Assembly (NCBI RefSeq): GCF_018350175.1
Contig: NC_058383.1
Location: forward strand, 930,001 to 994,000
Direction: 5' to 3'
Source: Felis catus
Lineage: Eukaryota
Length of the DNA stretch: 64,000 bases
Positions 48,880 through 62,095 of this stretch are shown in pieces; the stretch's first letter is position 1, and each line of letters starts with the position of its first letter. A model generated the notes under the pieces. That model was not told where the DNA came from, did no database searches, and saw only the letters and a program-made list of their open reading frames with translations. The position numbers and the translations under genes were made by a program.

Positions 48880-51800
48880 ACTTGCTTCTTCGAACCCCAG
48901 GACACAAACAGGAGTTTGCAGTGTGGGCAGAATGTGAAGTTTGTGAGAGGCCGATACAGGTGCGGCGTCAGGGGGCTGCAGGAAGGCTGGAGAGGACCAG
49001 CCCCACAAAACCTCTCTTTGGTCCCTCACAGCTTCAGCCCGGGACAGTCAGGATGCCACATCTCTCGCAGGGCTGTGCGGGGACCAACCGCCTTTGCGGA
49101 CAGGGTGGTCTCGAGCCAGCGAGGAGCCCCCCTCGCACCCCCCCCGCCACACTGGCAAAGCCAGGGTGAGTCACACGGCCCAGCCTCCTGCCTGCAATGT
49201 GACACTGTGGGTGTCCCACGGGGCTCTGTGGGTTCAGCTGGTGCCTTTGCCTGGGGACACAGGGAACCTCCAGCCCCGAGACGAGGACCAGATTTTTCTG
49301 GAGACAAAGTCCCCTGACCCTGTGAGGACTTTTTTTTAGGGCACATTTACCCTTTCACAGCTGGCCTGTCCGTTCACCCCAAATCAGCATGTCCAGCCGT
49401 GTCCTGGGAGGGCCCGCTCTTGAGTGGAGGTAGACACGGGGACAGACAGAAAGAGCATACAGGCTAGACTTTTGGGGGAGGGATGGGGGTGGAGAAATCT
49501 CCCAGGGTCCTTTCCCGGAGGGACGTGTGCAGGTGGTGCCCGTGGGGCTGAGTGACTGATGGGGACAGCTACCTGGCAGACATCGGTGACCCCTTCCCCC
49601 TGGCAGGTGTGGGGGGAGGTTCGGGGTACAACTCGGTCAGGCTCAGCGCCGGCTCTGTGGGCACCATCTGGGACCACCATCCAGGGCAGAGCGCAGGCGC
49701 CTCAGGGGACACAGGTGAAGAGCAGCCCTGCTCTCAAGGAGCTCCAGGGGCACAGGGAACAAGGCGCGAACAGGATGAGCTGTGGCCGCGGCCCTGCCCC
49801 GAGCCCGTGGACACTGGCAGAAGACAGGAGAGGTGCGAGGAGGCTGAGCTGACAAGGGCTGTGGGAGAAGGGGACGGGGACTAGGGGCAGACGGGGGAGG
49901 CCAGGGCAGGAGCGGACTTGGTTTTGGCACAGTTCACAGGACACGCGCTCAGATGTCAAACGTGGGTGCCCGCACAGGCCGGGAGAGGCTCGGGGACAGA
50001 CAGTGTCCAGGGCCCTGAGGTCTTAGATCTGAGATGACAGGGCACATGCAAGAGGACGCATGGGGACAGGAAGACCGTTGAGTCCACCGAGAACAGAGCT
50101 AGGAAGCAGCCCGCACTCTAGTTTCCACTTCTGGAGACGCCCTGCTGAGCCGAGGGGGTTCACCTGGTCTGGCACACAAGCTCTGAAGGCCTTTGAGGGC
50201 AGGCGGGGTCCCCAGAGAGGCTGTGAGGGCCCCTCCTTTGGAGGCCTCCGTCAGCCAGACCCAGGACGCGGTACTGGGCGAGGCACACCCCCAGCACCTC
50301 ACAGCCACACACCAAGGCGTAGCTCGGCCGCTAGAAAAGGAAACGGTTACCTGCTCGCCAGAGGTAGGGACCTACGGGGTCTCCTCACTCCAAGGTGGGT
50401 CTTCCTGGACTGCAGACCCCAAGGGCACCACGTCCCTGCTGCCAGCCCTCACTGCCTTGGGGTGACTTTGCCTACATCGGGGGTGGGGGGAAGGCACAGG
50501 CCCTGGCGGGCTCCCCCTGTGCGAGCTCTGTCACTTCCGAGAAGGACTGCCCACCGGCGGGGTCTAACGATCTAGACTCAGTAAACTTTTCCTCCATTAC
50601 CAGCAGGCCAGCAAAGGCGTGGAATCCAGCGGCACGGTGCGGTCAACAGCCCGACCGTGGAATGTCACAGTTATGGCTTCCAGGCACGGATGCCAGATCT
50701 AACGGCAAAGGTCACGTGCACAGTCACGCCTGTGTTCACGGCAGGCCGCTGAGCCCGCCCCCCAGCCACGCCCACCCCCTTCCTAGTAAACTCTGAATCT
50801 GCCTTCCTCTCGTTTCCGGAAACGTGTGACTGGCCAGAAATTGAAGGGTGCACTTTCACTTTAATCTGGAAATGCCATTCCGGCAGGTTGATGGCCAGAA
50901 CGGGCAGAGCCAGGAGGAAAACCAAGTACAGGGATCGTAAATGGGTCCGAAAATAGCGTTTAACGCACAAAAAACATGCTTCTGGACAACTTCCAAGAAG
51001 TCAGCAGACGCTCGTTCCTGACCCGGCAGTGCTGAACTCGCCACATTAACAGAATTCAGATTCCTAGTAACGCAAGCCCAGTAGAAAACCGTAGAGACAG
51101 CTCCGTGCCACCCGAGTTCACAGGCCAGGGCGCTGGGAGCAGGCCCAGAACGCAGGCTCTCCTGTGCGAAGCCCGCAGAGAGGCCGCCGGTTCTGCACAA
51201 TATTTTCCAATAGGTTTTCCTGCCTTTTCAGCTGTGGTCTGTGGGCTGCAGTCTTCCTCAGGGGCTTTTGTGCCGAGGAAGCGGAAACGCCCTTGCCTTT
51301 GGGTAGAGAACACGACTATATAGCCTCAGCTCGGGGATCCCTTGCCTTCCGGGCCCTGTAGGCTGTGCAAGATCTGCAAACGGTCTGAGCTATGGGGAGA
51401 AACTGACACCACCACCTCATTGGCTCCAAAACGAACCAGCAACATCAAAACAAACGCTGCACGGGATGAATACAGCATATGATTAAATCAACTCCATCCA
51501 CCGTTAAATATAATTTCCAAGATAATTCCACAGCTAGCGTACGGAAACCATGGGTTAGCTTCTTCTCGCCTTGCCAGAATTCGCGAGCGTGCACCGTGAA
51601 AATTCACATTGCCAAATAATGTGTCAAAGCCAGAGACCTTCACAAGCAAAATGGTGATACCCCTGCAGGCCCTCCCCACTCCTCCAACAATGATGATGTG
51701 CCACGTGTGGGTGGGACTTGCTAAGATAATGTCGCCTTGGGCTATCTGTCCCAAGCAAAGGACAACACCCGTCCCAGGAGTGGAGAGAGCAAGGACAGAC

Positions 51801-52024
51801 CAGTCCCCAGGTGCACAACAGGGACAAGGTTTAGTCCACTCCCCGGTTTTGCAGAGAAACAGGCTGGAGAGGCAGGGAACTCGCGTGTGGTCACATGGCC
51901 CGGGGATGAGACTAGAATCCGGGGTTCTGAACCAGCAATCGGAGGGGCTGCGAGCCCCAGAGACCTTCCCCAAGGAAGAGCTGTTGAGGGCGCACAGCTG
52001 GAGGCCCCCTCAAGCCCTCCTCCC

Positions 52025-52340
52025 CAGTGCAGAACACAGCTCGGGGCCCCTCCCCTCTGGCACAGGGCACAGTCGGAGCCCCCCCCCCCCCCCCCCCACC
52101 GACCTCACCCGGGTGCGGGACACAGCTCGGAAACCCCCATAACCTCCCCTCCCGGTGCAGGACACAGCTCAGAGTCTCCACGACCTCCCCCTGGTGCAGC
52201 ACATAGCTCGGGCCCAACCCCCACGACCTCCCCCCCCCCCCACCCCCCGGTGCAGGACCCAACTCGGGCCCCATCCTCACCGTGCAGGACGTCGAGGCTG
52301 GGAAGCAGGGCGCTCCGGCCCCCTCCCCCCCCCCCCCACG
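52025..52340. repeat. Degenerate minisatellite (~35-55-bp unit, ~7 copies) with poly-C runs
   Basis: Recurrent ggtgcaggacacagctcgggcccc core. Confidence 0.75.
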
Positions 52341-52900
52341 ACGAGGTAACCTCGGCGGCGGCGTGGGCCCACCCGCGCCCGACCCGAGGGGAAAGGGCGC
52401 CCCACCCGCAGGGTGAGCCGTCTTACCGGGGCCGGGATCTTCCCGGCCCCGGGCTTCCGCAGCACCCCCACCGGGACACGCCCGGCCCTCCGCGCGGGCG
52501 CGCTCGTGCAGGGCGGGTCCCCCCACCCCCTCCCCGGGCCCCGATCCCGGGCTCGGCACACTGACCTCCGCGTCTCGGGCCGCCAGCAGGCCCCGGGCAG
52601 CCCGGCCGCAGCGCCCGCGCACTGCGCATGTCACGCCGGCCCGGCTCGGCTGGAACCGGATCCAGCCGGCCGGGCGGTGACGCAGGCGCGGGGGCGCTCG
52701 GGGGGGTGTGGGCGGGGCCCCGAGGCCTGCACGTGGGCGCGGACCCCAGACCCAGCCGGGTCTGCGAAGCAGGCGGGAGACGTGGGGCGAGGCCCACGCA
52801 GGCTCCCGGTGGAAGGAGGTTGTCGCGAGCGGGAATGGAGACTCGGGACGACTTGTCGGTGCCCGCCGCACCACCAGGTGGCAGCCACAGGGCCCTGGCC
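52340..52900. promoter_or_regulatory. Intronic CpG island / probable alternative promoter
   Basis: Very dense CpG, NRF1-like ctgcgcatg (52622-52630), GC box gggcgggg, splice-donor-like motifs on both strands. Confidence 0.7.
52871..52884 (+). promoter_or_regulatory. CTCF consensus motif
   Basis: CCACCAGGTGGCAG matches CCASYAGRKGGCRS. Confidence 0.6.
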
Positions 52901-54729
52901 CGGAGGCCTGCCTGTTAACAGGCCCTGCCCCGTCGCGGGCAGGGGAGGAGGAAAACCACAGCTGCAGCGCCCCCAAGTGCTCCCCGTTTCTCTGCCCATC
53001 ACATGGACCCACGCCCCCCTGGCAGGCTCTGGTTACCCCCCCTTCCCCGAGCTGGCCTCAATTCCCACCCTTGGGCTCTGTGTACCGGGGCTGCTGTCTC
53101 CTCCCCAGGGCCTTTGCACACGCTCTTCTCTTAGCCTGGAGGCTCTCAACTAGCTCCCCCATCATCCTCAGAGCCAGGGAGACCTCTGCCTCACCTACTG
53201 AGCACCCTCCCAACAGCACGGCCCCCCCAGCACCGAGAGCTCCAAGAGGGTCGGGCTGTGTCTGCTCACACCCCACGGACACTGCCCAGCAACACACCAG
53301 TGTTCGACCGAGGCCCGCTGAACAAATGAGTCACAAAGTCTTGCCCTCACCACGTGAACACCCTAGGTCTCTTCTCCAGCTTGCACTCCCTCCAGTGAGA
53401 CTGCAGGTGAATCTTCGGGTACAAGAGGAAACCACACGCGGCAGCTGGGAGCCCGGTCCACCCCAGGGCCTGTAGGAGGCTCTGCGGCAGGGCTGCTGGG
53501 GGAGGGGAGGGCTTCTGGCCCCCGCTGTCCGGCAAAGGTCGGGGGCCGGGCGTCCCAGGATGCTCTGTACTCTGGCTGCGGACCCTTCACTGGCCAGCTG
53601 CGTGCTGGCTGGCGGGTGTCGCCGTGCCAGCTTCCCAGCCCGATAGGGACCCCCAGGGCTCGGGAGCCAAGTTGGAATCTTTCTGTGCTTTCCCTGTCTG
53701 TCACCGTGACCGCGGGCTGCTCCACAGGGGCAACGGGGGCAGGCACACGGGCATGGCAGGAGCCTGGGCCACAGCTGGACGGATGCAGGGGAGGGGAGGG
53801 CAGGGAGAAGCCCCGCCCGCCGGAGACCTCAGCCTCTGTGCCAGATGTCTTCCACCTGTGCTGTCTTGCTTCATCCCTGCGATGCAGGCATCAGCACCCC
53901 CACTTTACAGGTAAGGAAACCCGGAAATGGTTTTTAAAAAGTTTCCAAGACTGCCGTTGGGGGACTTCTGAGTCCCAGAGGACCCACGTGCTGATTTTCT
54001 AGTGCATTCCGGCGTCACTACACAGCCTTCAGGCCCTCCGATTGATGGCTTTCTTCACACCAGTCTGCTTCCGGTGACTCCAGAACAGCCCTGGGAGACC
54101 TGAGTGGGAAGGGGCGGGAGCCGGTCTGGCAGCAGGGAGGGCGGTGCCGCTGGGTGCACCACACGCAGGGCCGCGTGGCTGAGAGGGTGCCTTCGTGCCC
54201 TCCACTTGTCTCTCCCTCCCGGCCACCCTGTCCCCACACTTCACAGGCGAGGAACCTGGGGCTCGGGGGGGGGGGGCTGCCTACCCGCGACAGTGTCCCT
54301 TCCAGGCCCTGTGTGAGGTGCTCTGGACCCCCAGGGGCACATGCGCGGGCCTCACGCTGGGCCCGGACGCTGGGCCCGTGGAAGCTCTACCCCAAGCAGG
54401 TGCTGCCAGGCCCGGCCTCCCGGCGGCTGTCTGGCCCCGGGCCTCGTCAGCAGCAGCAGGCACAGGGCCGCTGTCCTCGCGCCTGGTTCTGCGCGGGACC
54501 TGGTGCAGCCGGAGAACCCTTGCGGACGGCCCAGCTGGTGGAAGGAGCGGCACCTGGCACCAGCTGTCCCGTCCTCAGGGACCCCAGAACTCCACCCCCA
54601 CCCCCACCCCCCACGAAACTTGGCTCCTGGTTAGGAGGAGGGGTCGTCGGACAACGTCTTCACACCGAAGGCTCCTCTGACTCTGATCGCGGGCTATGCT
54701 GTGGGCACAAAACAGACGAAAATGCCCGC

Positions 54730-55050
54730 AGCCACGGACCGAGTGTTGGCGTCTCCCCCAAATTCGTATGTTCGAACCTAATCCCTGGCGTGATGGTAGT
54801 TGCGGGTGGGACCCTGGGGCGGTGCACGTGTCATGAGGGCAAAGCCTCGGGAATGGGACCGGTGCCTTCACAAGAGAGACCCAGAGAGCTCCCTCGCCCC
54901 TTCCACCGCGTGAGGACATCGCCCGGATGTGGCCCTCCCGGAACGCGGACACCGGCAGGCACGGCCCACAGAGCTCCCGTGCCGGCACCTCCGTCCCACT
55001 TAGCCTCCAGGGACAGGTCCGGCGTGGACAGAAACTGTGTGTGGCGGAGG
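54730..55050 (+). mobile_element. MLT1A-like LTR
   Basis: gtctcccccaaattcgtatgttcgaacctaatcc and gagacccagagagctccctcgccccttccaccgcgtgaggaca. Confidence 0.8.
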
Positions 55051-55249
55051 GGTGGGGGTGGGGTAAGGCCCCAGGTAAAGAGGGTCTGCTGTCGGCTGCG
55101 ATCCATCGGGCGGCAGCCGAGCCAAGTACAGCCCAGGGCCTTCGGGGCGGCCCGGCACTCCCCCCCCCCCCCCCCCCCCCCGGCACGGCAGTGCCTTGCG
55201 AAGCGGAGCCCCGGGTCTCCTGCCCAGGGGAGTGGGGCTTCACTGGAAT

Positions 55250-57200
55250 TCTGTTAACCGCTGAGTCACCCAACTCCAGGCGGCCGGTCCCTCCCACGAC
55301 ACGGGAGAGGAGGGATCACTTCTCAGCACGACCACAAAGCCAGCACCGCCCTGACACCAAAACCAGGCAAAAACAGTACAGGACCAGCAAACTACAGACC
55401 CAGATCCCTCACAAATAAATGTGCAAAGACCCTAATCAGCAACAGATAAGAAGAATTGTACCTCACAACCGAGCGGGGCTTGTTCAATGAGGGATGTGAG
55501 GCCGATTCAACATTCAAGACCCAATCCGTAGAAGCCACCCTATCGACCGGCAAAAGACAAAGTATCACACAAGCATATCGACCGACACAGAAAAAGCGTC
55601 TGACAAAATTCAAATCGCAGCAGTGATCTAAATCCTGAAGAAACTACTCGTGGCGGGAAGTCTTGTCCGCTTGATAAATAACGTCCGCGTCCCTCCCCTC
55701 CCCACGAGACCAGGGAAAGGGCACAGAGATCCTCTGGCCGCTGCTAGTGAGTTCTAGCCCGCGCGATGAAGCAGGAAAAGGGAATCAAAGGCATGCAGGT
55801 TGGAAAAGAAGAAATACAACGGTCTGTATTTGTAGACGGCACGGTGACCAACACACGAAGCCCAAGGAGCCTACAAGACAACTCCAAGCACTCACGAAAT
55901 CGGCAAGGTTGCAGGACAAGAGCAACGTGCGCGTGTCAACTGTGTTTCCGTGACTTGGCAGTCAACGCACAGAAACTCAAACTCAAAATCCAGTGCCAAC
56001 TACAACCGCTTCCAAAAAACCCACGAGGTCGTAAACCCAATGACACGCGTACAGCATCTATGCGCTGAACACGGGAAAGGAAATCAGACGAAAAGAAATC
56101 AGGGAACGTCTAAATCGATGGAGACCTACTGTGTTCACGGACCGAACACAGCACAGTGAAGAGGTCTGTTGTCCACGAGACGAGACGCTGGTTCAATGCA
56201 AAACCCCAGCGAGACTTTCCGTGCAGGTGTACGAGATGACCCTAAAATTTCCACGGAAAAGAAAAGGGATATTTAGAAAAAGAATATTTAGAGCAATTTT
56301 GGAAAAGGAAGATAAAGTAGAAGAGTCCCTCTATTCGATTTCCACAATTATCACAGAGCTGCCACCATGAAGACCGTGTGGCGCCGACGGAGGGACAGGC
56401 GCACGAGTGAACGGAAGAGAACGGAGAACCCCTAACCACCTCATTAGCACTTGGAGTTTTGCCAAAGGTGTACAGGTACTTCACTGGAGGAAAGAGTCTC
56501 TGTAACAAACGGTCCTGGACGGTCATAGGCAAAAAACAAACCGCGAACCACAGAAGATGAACAGGGGGCAGGCACTCGGCGTCCTATCTCACACGTGCCT
56601 GTCAGAAGGGTCCACGACGCGGTGGCCGCCAGCGTGGACACGGAGCAGCGGGAATCTCCGGCCCCGCCCGTGGCCACGCGACACGGTGCAGCCACTTTGC
56701 GAGCCGGTTTGGCCGTTTCTGACAAAATGCGCCTACTCTCACCCTGCGACCCGGTCATCCTGCTCCTTGCTACTTACCGAAAGGAACTGAGAAGTTACGT
56801 GCACACCAAAACCTGCACCCAGACGTTTACGGCAGCTTTATTCACAACTGCCCATGTTTGGAAACAACCATGTTCTTCAGCGGGCGAGTGCGTAAACAGA
56901 CCGTGGACCGTCCGGGCAAAGGAGTGTCGTTCGGCACTGAAAACTGAGCCGTCGAGCCATGAAGAGGCAGGGACTAGCCTTCAGTGTGTGTTACTGAGTG
57001 AAGGAAGCCAGTCTGAAAAGGTTTCGTGCTGAATGACTCCAACTCTAGGACGTTCTGGAAAAGGCAAAACTGTGGAGACGGTAAAAGACCAGTGGGTGCT
57101 GGGGGTTATGTGGGCGGAGGACAGGGATGAATGGGCAGACCACGGAGGAATTTTCCAGCAGGGAGACTACTCTGTAGGACGCTGGAACGGTGGACAGCTG
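55250..57200 (+). mobile_element. Fragmented old L1M element (ORF2 remnants and 3' UTR)
   Basis: Degenerate RT segment KQEKGIKGMQVGKEEIQRSVFVDG (canonical KEEVKLSLFADD) and HTKTCTQTFTAALFT C-terminal remnant, with many stops and frameshifts. Confidence 0.85.
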
Positions 57201-57477
57201 TCCTCGACGAAAGCAGACAAACAACCCAATTAGAAAATGGGGAAGAACTCGGGGACGTGCCACCAAAGGGCTATGGGTGGCAAAGCACGGGACGCGGTGC
57301 GTGCCGTCACCAGGCATCAGGGCAGACGAGGCATCGGAGCAGGAGGAGGCCGCTCCACTCCCACCGGCGAGGAGGGCAGCTCAAACCAGCAGCGACAGCG
57401 CCCCGCGTGGACCTCACACACGGCTGGGAGGAACGCAGGACTGCTACAGCCGCCCTGGAAAACGGTTTGGTTGGTTC

Positions 57478-57675
57478 TTTTTTTTCATGTTTATTTATTT
57501 TTGACACAGAGCACGAGCAGGGGAGGGACAGAGAGAGGGAAACACAGAATCCCAAGGAGGCTCCAGCTCCGAGCCGTCAGCACAAAGCCCGACGTGGGGC
57601 TCGAACCCACAAACTGTGAGATCATGACCTGAGCCGAAGTCGGACGGTTAACCCACGAAGCCGCCCAGGCGCCCC
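57478..57675 (-). mobile_element. CAN SINE inserted in L1 remnant
   Basis: Full element. TSD ttggttggttctt / ttggctggttctt. Confidence 0.92.
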
Positions 57676-57689
57676 TTGGCTGGTTCTTA

Positions 57690-58205
57690 AACCGCACATG
57701 CACATAGCACGTGACCCAGCAACTGGGACCTGAAAACTTAACTTCCACACAAAATCCTGTCACAACCGCTCAGCAGCTTTACCTGGAATAGTGCCAAACT
57801 GGCCTCTGACTGTACGACGGGGCACAAACTCTGTACCGCGGACTGCCGCGTGGAAGCAAAAAGGACGTCCGTTGATGGACAACAACAGCTTGAATCTCAG
57901 GACGTGAGGATCAGGAAAAGAGCCAGTCCCCAAAAGACACACACTGAGTGGCTCCGTGTATATAACATCCTCAAAAGGACATGATTACAGAGCAGGAAGA
58001 GGGAGGGGTGGTGTGACGGGGCAGCAGGGGTGGGGGGGGTGGCGCTCGGTGTTTGGATTAGGCGGTGGAGGTGGGACACACAATGTTTTGTGCAGAGTCG
58101 TGTAAAACATAGCCGTCAGGGCAAAGTGGGTGAAAGGTGCAAGCGACCCCTCCCTGCTATTTTTGCAACTTCCTGGGAATCTATAATTATTTAAACATAA
58201 AAAGC
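57690..58205 (+). mobile_element. Old L1M 3' UTR fragment
   Basis: ccacacaaaatcctgtcaca, gaaaagagccagtccccaaa and ctatttttgcaacttcctgggaatctataattatt motifs. Confidence 0.7.
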
Positions 58206-61200
58206 CAAAAGGGAGAGAGTGCCCTCCAGAACAGAAACCGAACCTAAAACAGCAACGTCTGTGCCTCTAGTCTGGAGGGACTGGGTGTGGCTTGAACCAG
58301 GCGGCCCCACAGGAGCTCGTACAGCCCAAGCCAGGAGTGAGGGGACCCTGCCTGGCTCGGTGCTCGCCCAGCTCCAGGCCTGGACAGACGCCCCGCGGCC
58401 AAGCCCCCGGCCCCTCTGTCACGAGGGGGAACGGACCGGCATGGACAGGCTTGGACAGGCTGCACCGGGGGAAGCAAGCAGGACAGTCACCCGGTCTTTT
58501 CGGAAGCCCCCGGACTGGCAGGGCACTGGCACGTCGCTGGCCGGATCCGGGGGCTGGGGTCCTTTGCCGTTGTGCAAACAGCAGCGCTCTGGCTTCAGCA
58601 GACAGCAGGCGGGGCCTGAGGGGCAGGTGGGCGCAGCCCCTGCCTCGCCCCGAGCAAAGCCCGGGCGTCCCATCCAGCCTCAGCGCATACTTCTGACCCC
58701 TAAGCACAGAGCTCCATCGTGCCCCAGGCCAATGAGGAGAGGAGCCCCAGGCTGGGCACCTGCCTGGCGGCAGGAGGAAGGAGGTTTCTCTCGGCAGCAG
58801 CCCAGCCAGTGAGAAGCCGCCCTCTGGCCTCCTCCGAGGGGCTCTCGTCCTGAGCAGCGCCCCCCCCCCCCCCTTCCTTCTATTCTCAGACGCACTTGGG
58901 GGTCACCACGGTTTGCCCGTGGTAAGTGCGATTCCTTTGCCATTCTGGAATACGGAACGAGCTACTATTCTGGTAAAATAACTGGGGGTTCTGTTTTTAG
59001 GGTTAGTGTTACACGTGTGTGTGTTCAGTGTAAGATACGCAAAAAATCATAGAAATAACACATGCAGAACGACACAGAACAGCTTCTTCTGAGAAGACAG
59101 AGTGTCTTTACTAACCCCGTTGTGTGGAAGCTGAATCGTGAGCTCTTCTGCTAAACTTGTGGCAGGAAAGTTTGATCAGATGAAATGCCAAGTTGGGCTC
59201 TGACTCTGGGGGCACGTGAGCCTGTGGGGAGGACACACAAACCGCCGTCCCGGGCTCTGCGCCGGCCGCCGGCCGCATGCCTCCCGCCTACACCACTGGC
59301 CTTTCCAGGCTGGGTCTCTCTCGCCAAGCCCTCCACGCTCCTTATCAGAGTCCACAGTTCGAGGGAGCCCTGAAGAACATTAACTTACATCAACAGAGCC
59401 ACGAAGAAGTCCAGATATAGAACCTTTCTCTAAACCAGACTCACAAGAACTAACAAGTTAACTCCGAACATTCCTGGTCCCTGATCGACACATCACCTAG
59501 GACCAAATATGCAGTGTAAGCACATAATTATGAGAGAAGGGGCATCTCCAAAAGGAAGCTGGCCCTGCCTTTTCAGCCAAGGCAGCTGTAACCCTCCACA
59601 TCATCGTCTCCAGCCCCCCCCCCCGGAGAATGACCACATGCAAACAAACTCTGGGTAGCAGAGTCCCCTCAGTGTGGAATGCAGCCCGGCCCATCTTGTC
59701 TGCTGCCACTCCAGTCACCAGGAATACTCGCCAAGTCTCCAGAATGTGGTGAGCAAAGGGCCATTGTGATGTTTCTATAATCCGCGGAGAGGCGGCCCCG
59801 TGACCTCAGCAAAACACTGGGCTGCGGCCTCCCTCTTCGCTGCAGAGCGCGGTGCACAATTAGGGCACCGGCCTTGTGACCACAGCGAGAGCGGCTGCGG
59901 AAGCACAGCCCTGGGGCCCGGGGGCACACAGCCCCTGCTCCTCAGGAACCCACACCAGCAGTCGGGGGACGGCTAACTCCGTGTGGTTTTCGAAAACGGA
60001 CGCCTGAGCGTGAGGCGGTCAGAAACCCAGGAGGAATCAGGTCACGCTCGCACACCAACTCCGTCCGCCCAGGACGGTGGTGCTGTCCCCACAGACATTC
60101 GGCTCTTGCACAGCAATCGGCCAGAACAGTCAGGGAGCAGCTGCCAACAAGGCACAAAGCTGTCGCCCTCGGAGGGAGATTTACGTGAGCCAGCCAGAGA
60201 GTGCTAGAAGGTGCAGACCTTGGCTCAGCTGCAGGTGGGTGGCCCTGACACATGCACGGACACTGTGCTGTCCTTCCTGGCCCCGCTGGCATTCCTGGCA
60301 GAGGCCTTCTTTGCAGAGAAGGCAGTGTGGGTGACCTGACGCTAAATGGCTTAGGCGGTACTACATGTCAGCTCTCCCCAGTTGCAAACGGCTGCGGAAC
60401 ATCCTGTGGGCAGACCGCGTTATACCTGGCGTCCCGGGGACTGTGGCCAGGAATTCTGCCAAGGACACTCATACGAAGGCGATAATGTTTACTTGGGTGC
60501 ATTGGTAAGAGAACTCATCTGGGTTCACATCCTGACCCCACCAGGGGCTGTGTGGCCTTGGGCAGGTTCCTTACGTTTTCTGAGCCTCAGTGCAACTTAA
60601 AATGGGAATCCTGCATTGCACTGCTGCTAAAACACATTTTCTCTCTCACTTCAACACCTTTAAAAACAGGATGGTTCTTATAACCGGCAGTGTCAGAACT
60701 TAATTGTGGCAAGTTGTTTTCTTTTTAGTGGTTCATAAGACAACGGCGCGGGTAGCACTAATGATGTCTTAAGAGCTGATAAAACGTGGAAGTAAATACC
60801 TTCCAAGGCTGTTCTGAGGGCGTAGGGCAGGAGCTGGCAAAGAGGGGTCTGTCCAGCTGTCTGAGCTGAGTGCTGGACGACCGTGGCTGGTCGAGGCGTC
60901 GGGGGACGCGTGGCGCACTCTCAGGCGGCTCTCTGCTATAAACCCACTTCTGGCGTTGGGCGGAGAAGCAAGGTAAGGCAGTGACGCCAGGGCCAAGCGG
61001 GCGGTGGGGTCCACAAGTGACCTGGACTCTGCTCTGCCCTTTTACCACAGGGAGTCTGGTCCCCCAGCTGACCCCAACTTCGGTCTCTAATCCGCGGTCA
61101 GGAAGCTGACCCGTGAGGCGGGCGGGCCTGGGGTGGAGCCCTGAGTAAGCAGGCGGCCCTGGGATGCTAACTGCCTCGACCGCTCTCCCGTTCAACCCCC

Positions 61201-61539
61201 GGTCACACCGCGGATCTTCATTAAATTAGAAGGCGCTAAGGTACTAATTACAGCAAAGTAAACCTCCTTGTTCTTTAAACTCTCCCGGCTTTTAATCGTG
61301 ACCACAGCTACGAAATTAATGCGGCTGCAGACGGTACACGGTGTCTCCCCGAGGCCGGCTCGGTTGGCAAATTCCTACGACCAGAGAAGTAAGGGGTGAA
61401 CTTGGAGACAGCAGGCGCGCTTTGGGGAGGTGCAGGTGCGCCTGGAAGGACCAGATTACAGCCTTCGGAGGGAGGGGGGGCGCTGTCCCCTGCAGATTAG
61501 AGCGCGTTCTGACTCGGCGGTACGACCAGCACCAGCGCT

Positions 61540-61930
61540 TTGGGGGAGCCCACCTCAGCGCCCGGGGTTCGCGTCCCGCACCCGGCTGACCTCGGGTCAC
61601 AGGACGTGCTCCGCCCCGCCCCCCCGCCCCGCGCGGCGGGAGTGCGGCGCGAGCCCGGGGGGCGGGGCGGGGCCGGCCGGGGGCGGGGCGGGCGGCGGTC
61701 ACGTGTGTACACAGGCCCGCGCGGCGTGCGCGCCTTGAGCCCCGCCGCCTCGGAGCCCGGAGCTGCCCGCCCCGCGGCCCAGCGAGCCGGTGAGTGGGCG
61801 CCCAACGCGGGGTCGAGCGGCGGGCAGGCTCGGGGGCTCGGCCCGCGCGGACAGCGAGCCCCGGGCTGTGGCGGCCCCGCACGGCCAGTGCTCCGCTGGG
61901 ACTTTCGGGTGCCTCGGCCCCGCCCTGGCG
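61540..61930 (+). promoter_or_regulatory. GPR146: CpG-island promoter and non-coding first exon (ends 61789), probably GPR146
   Basis: Multiple GC boxes, E-box gtcacgtg at 61698-61705, strong donor CCG|gtgagt at 61790. Gene identity is from synteny only, as no coding sequence is in the window. Confidence 0.6.
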
Positions 61931-62095
61931 CTGTCCTCTTGTGGGGGGGGGGGGTTGCCGTCCTTTGGGGGGCTGGAGGCGCCGTCTCCCAGGGGTTTGG
62001 GGGCACTGTCCCCTTGTGGGGTGGAGGCGTTGTTCCCCAGAGGTCTGGGGGCACCGGCCCACTTGCGGGCGGGGTGGGGGCGCTGTCCCCAGCCT
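61925..62095. repeat. Degenerate G-rich tandem repeat (~24-bp unit)
   Basis: Recurrent gggggc(a/g)ctgtcccc / ggaggcgccgtctccc units. Confidence 0.6.

Noticed and set aside
51737..53475. Several overlapping 250-370-aa ORFs
   Set aside because: Pro/Gly/Arg-rich translations of the CpG island and minisatellite in multiple frames, with no homology recognised.
55250..57200. Active L1 reverse transcriptase
   Set aside because: Catalytic FADD is degenerate (FVDG), with many stops, frameshifts and deletions.
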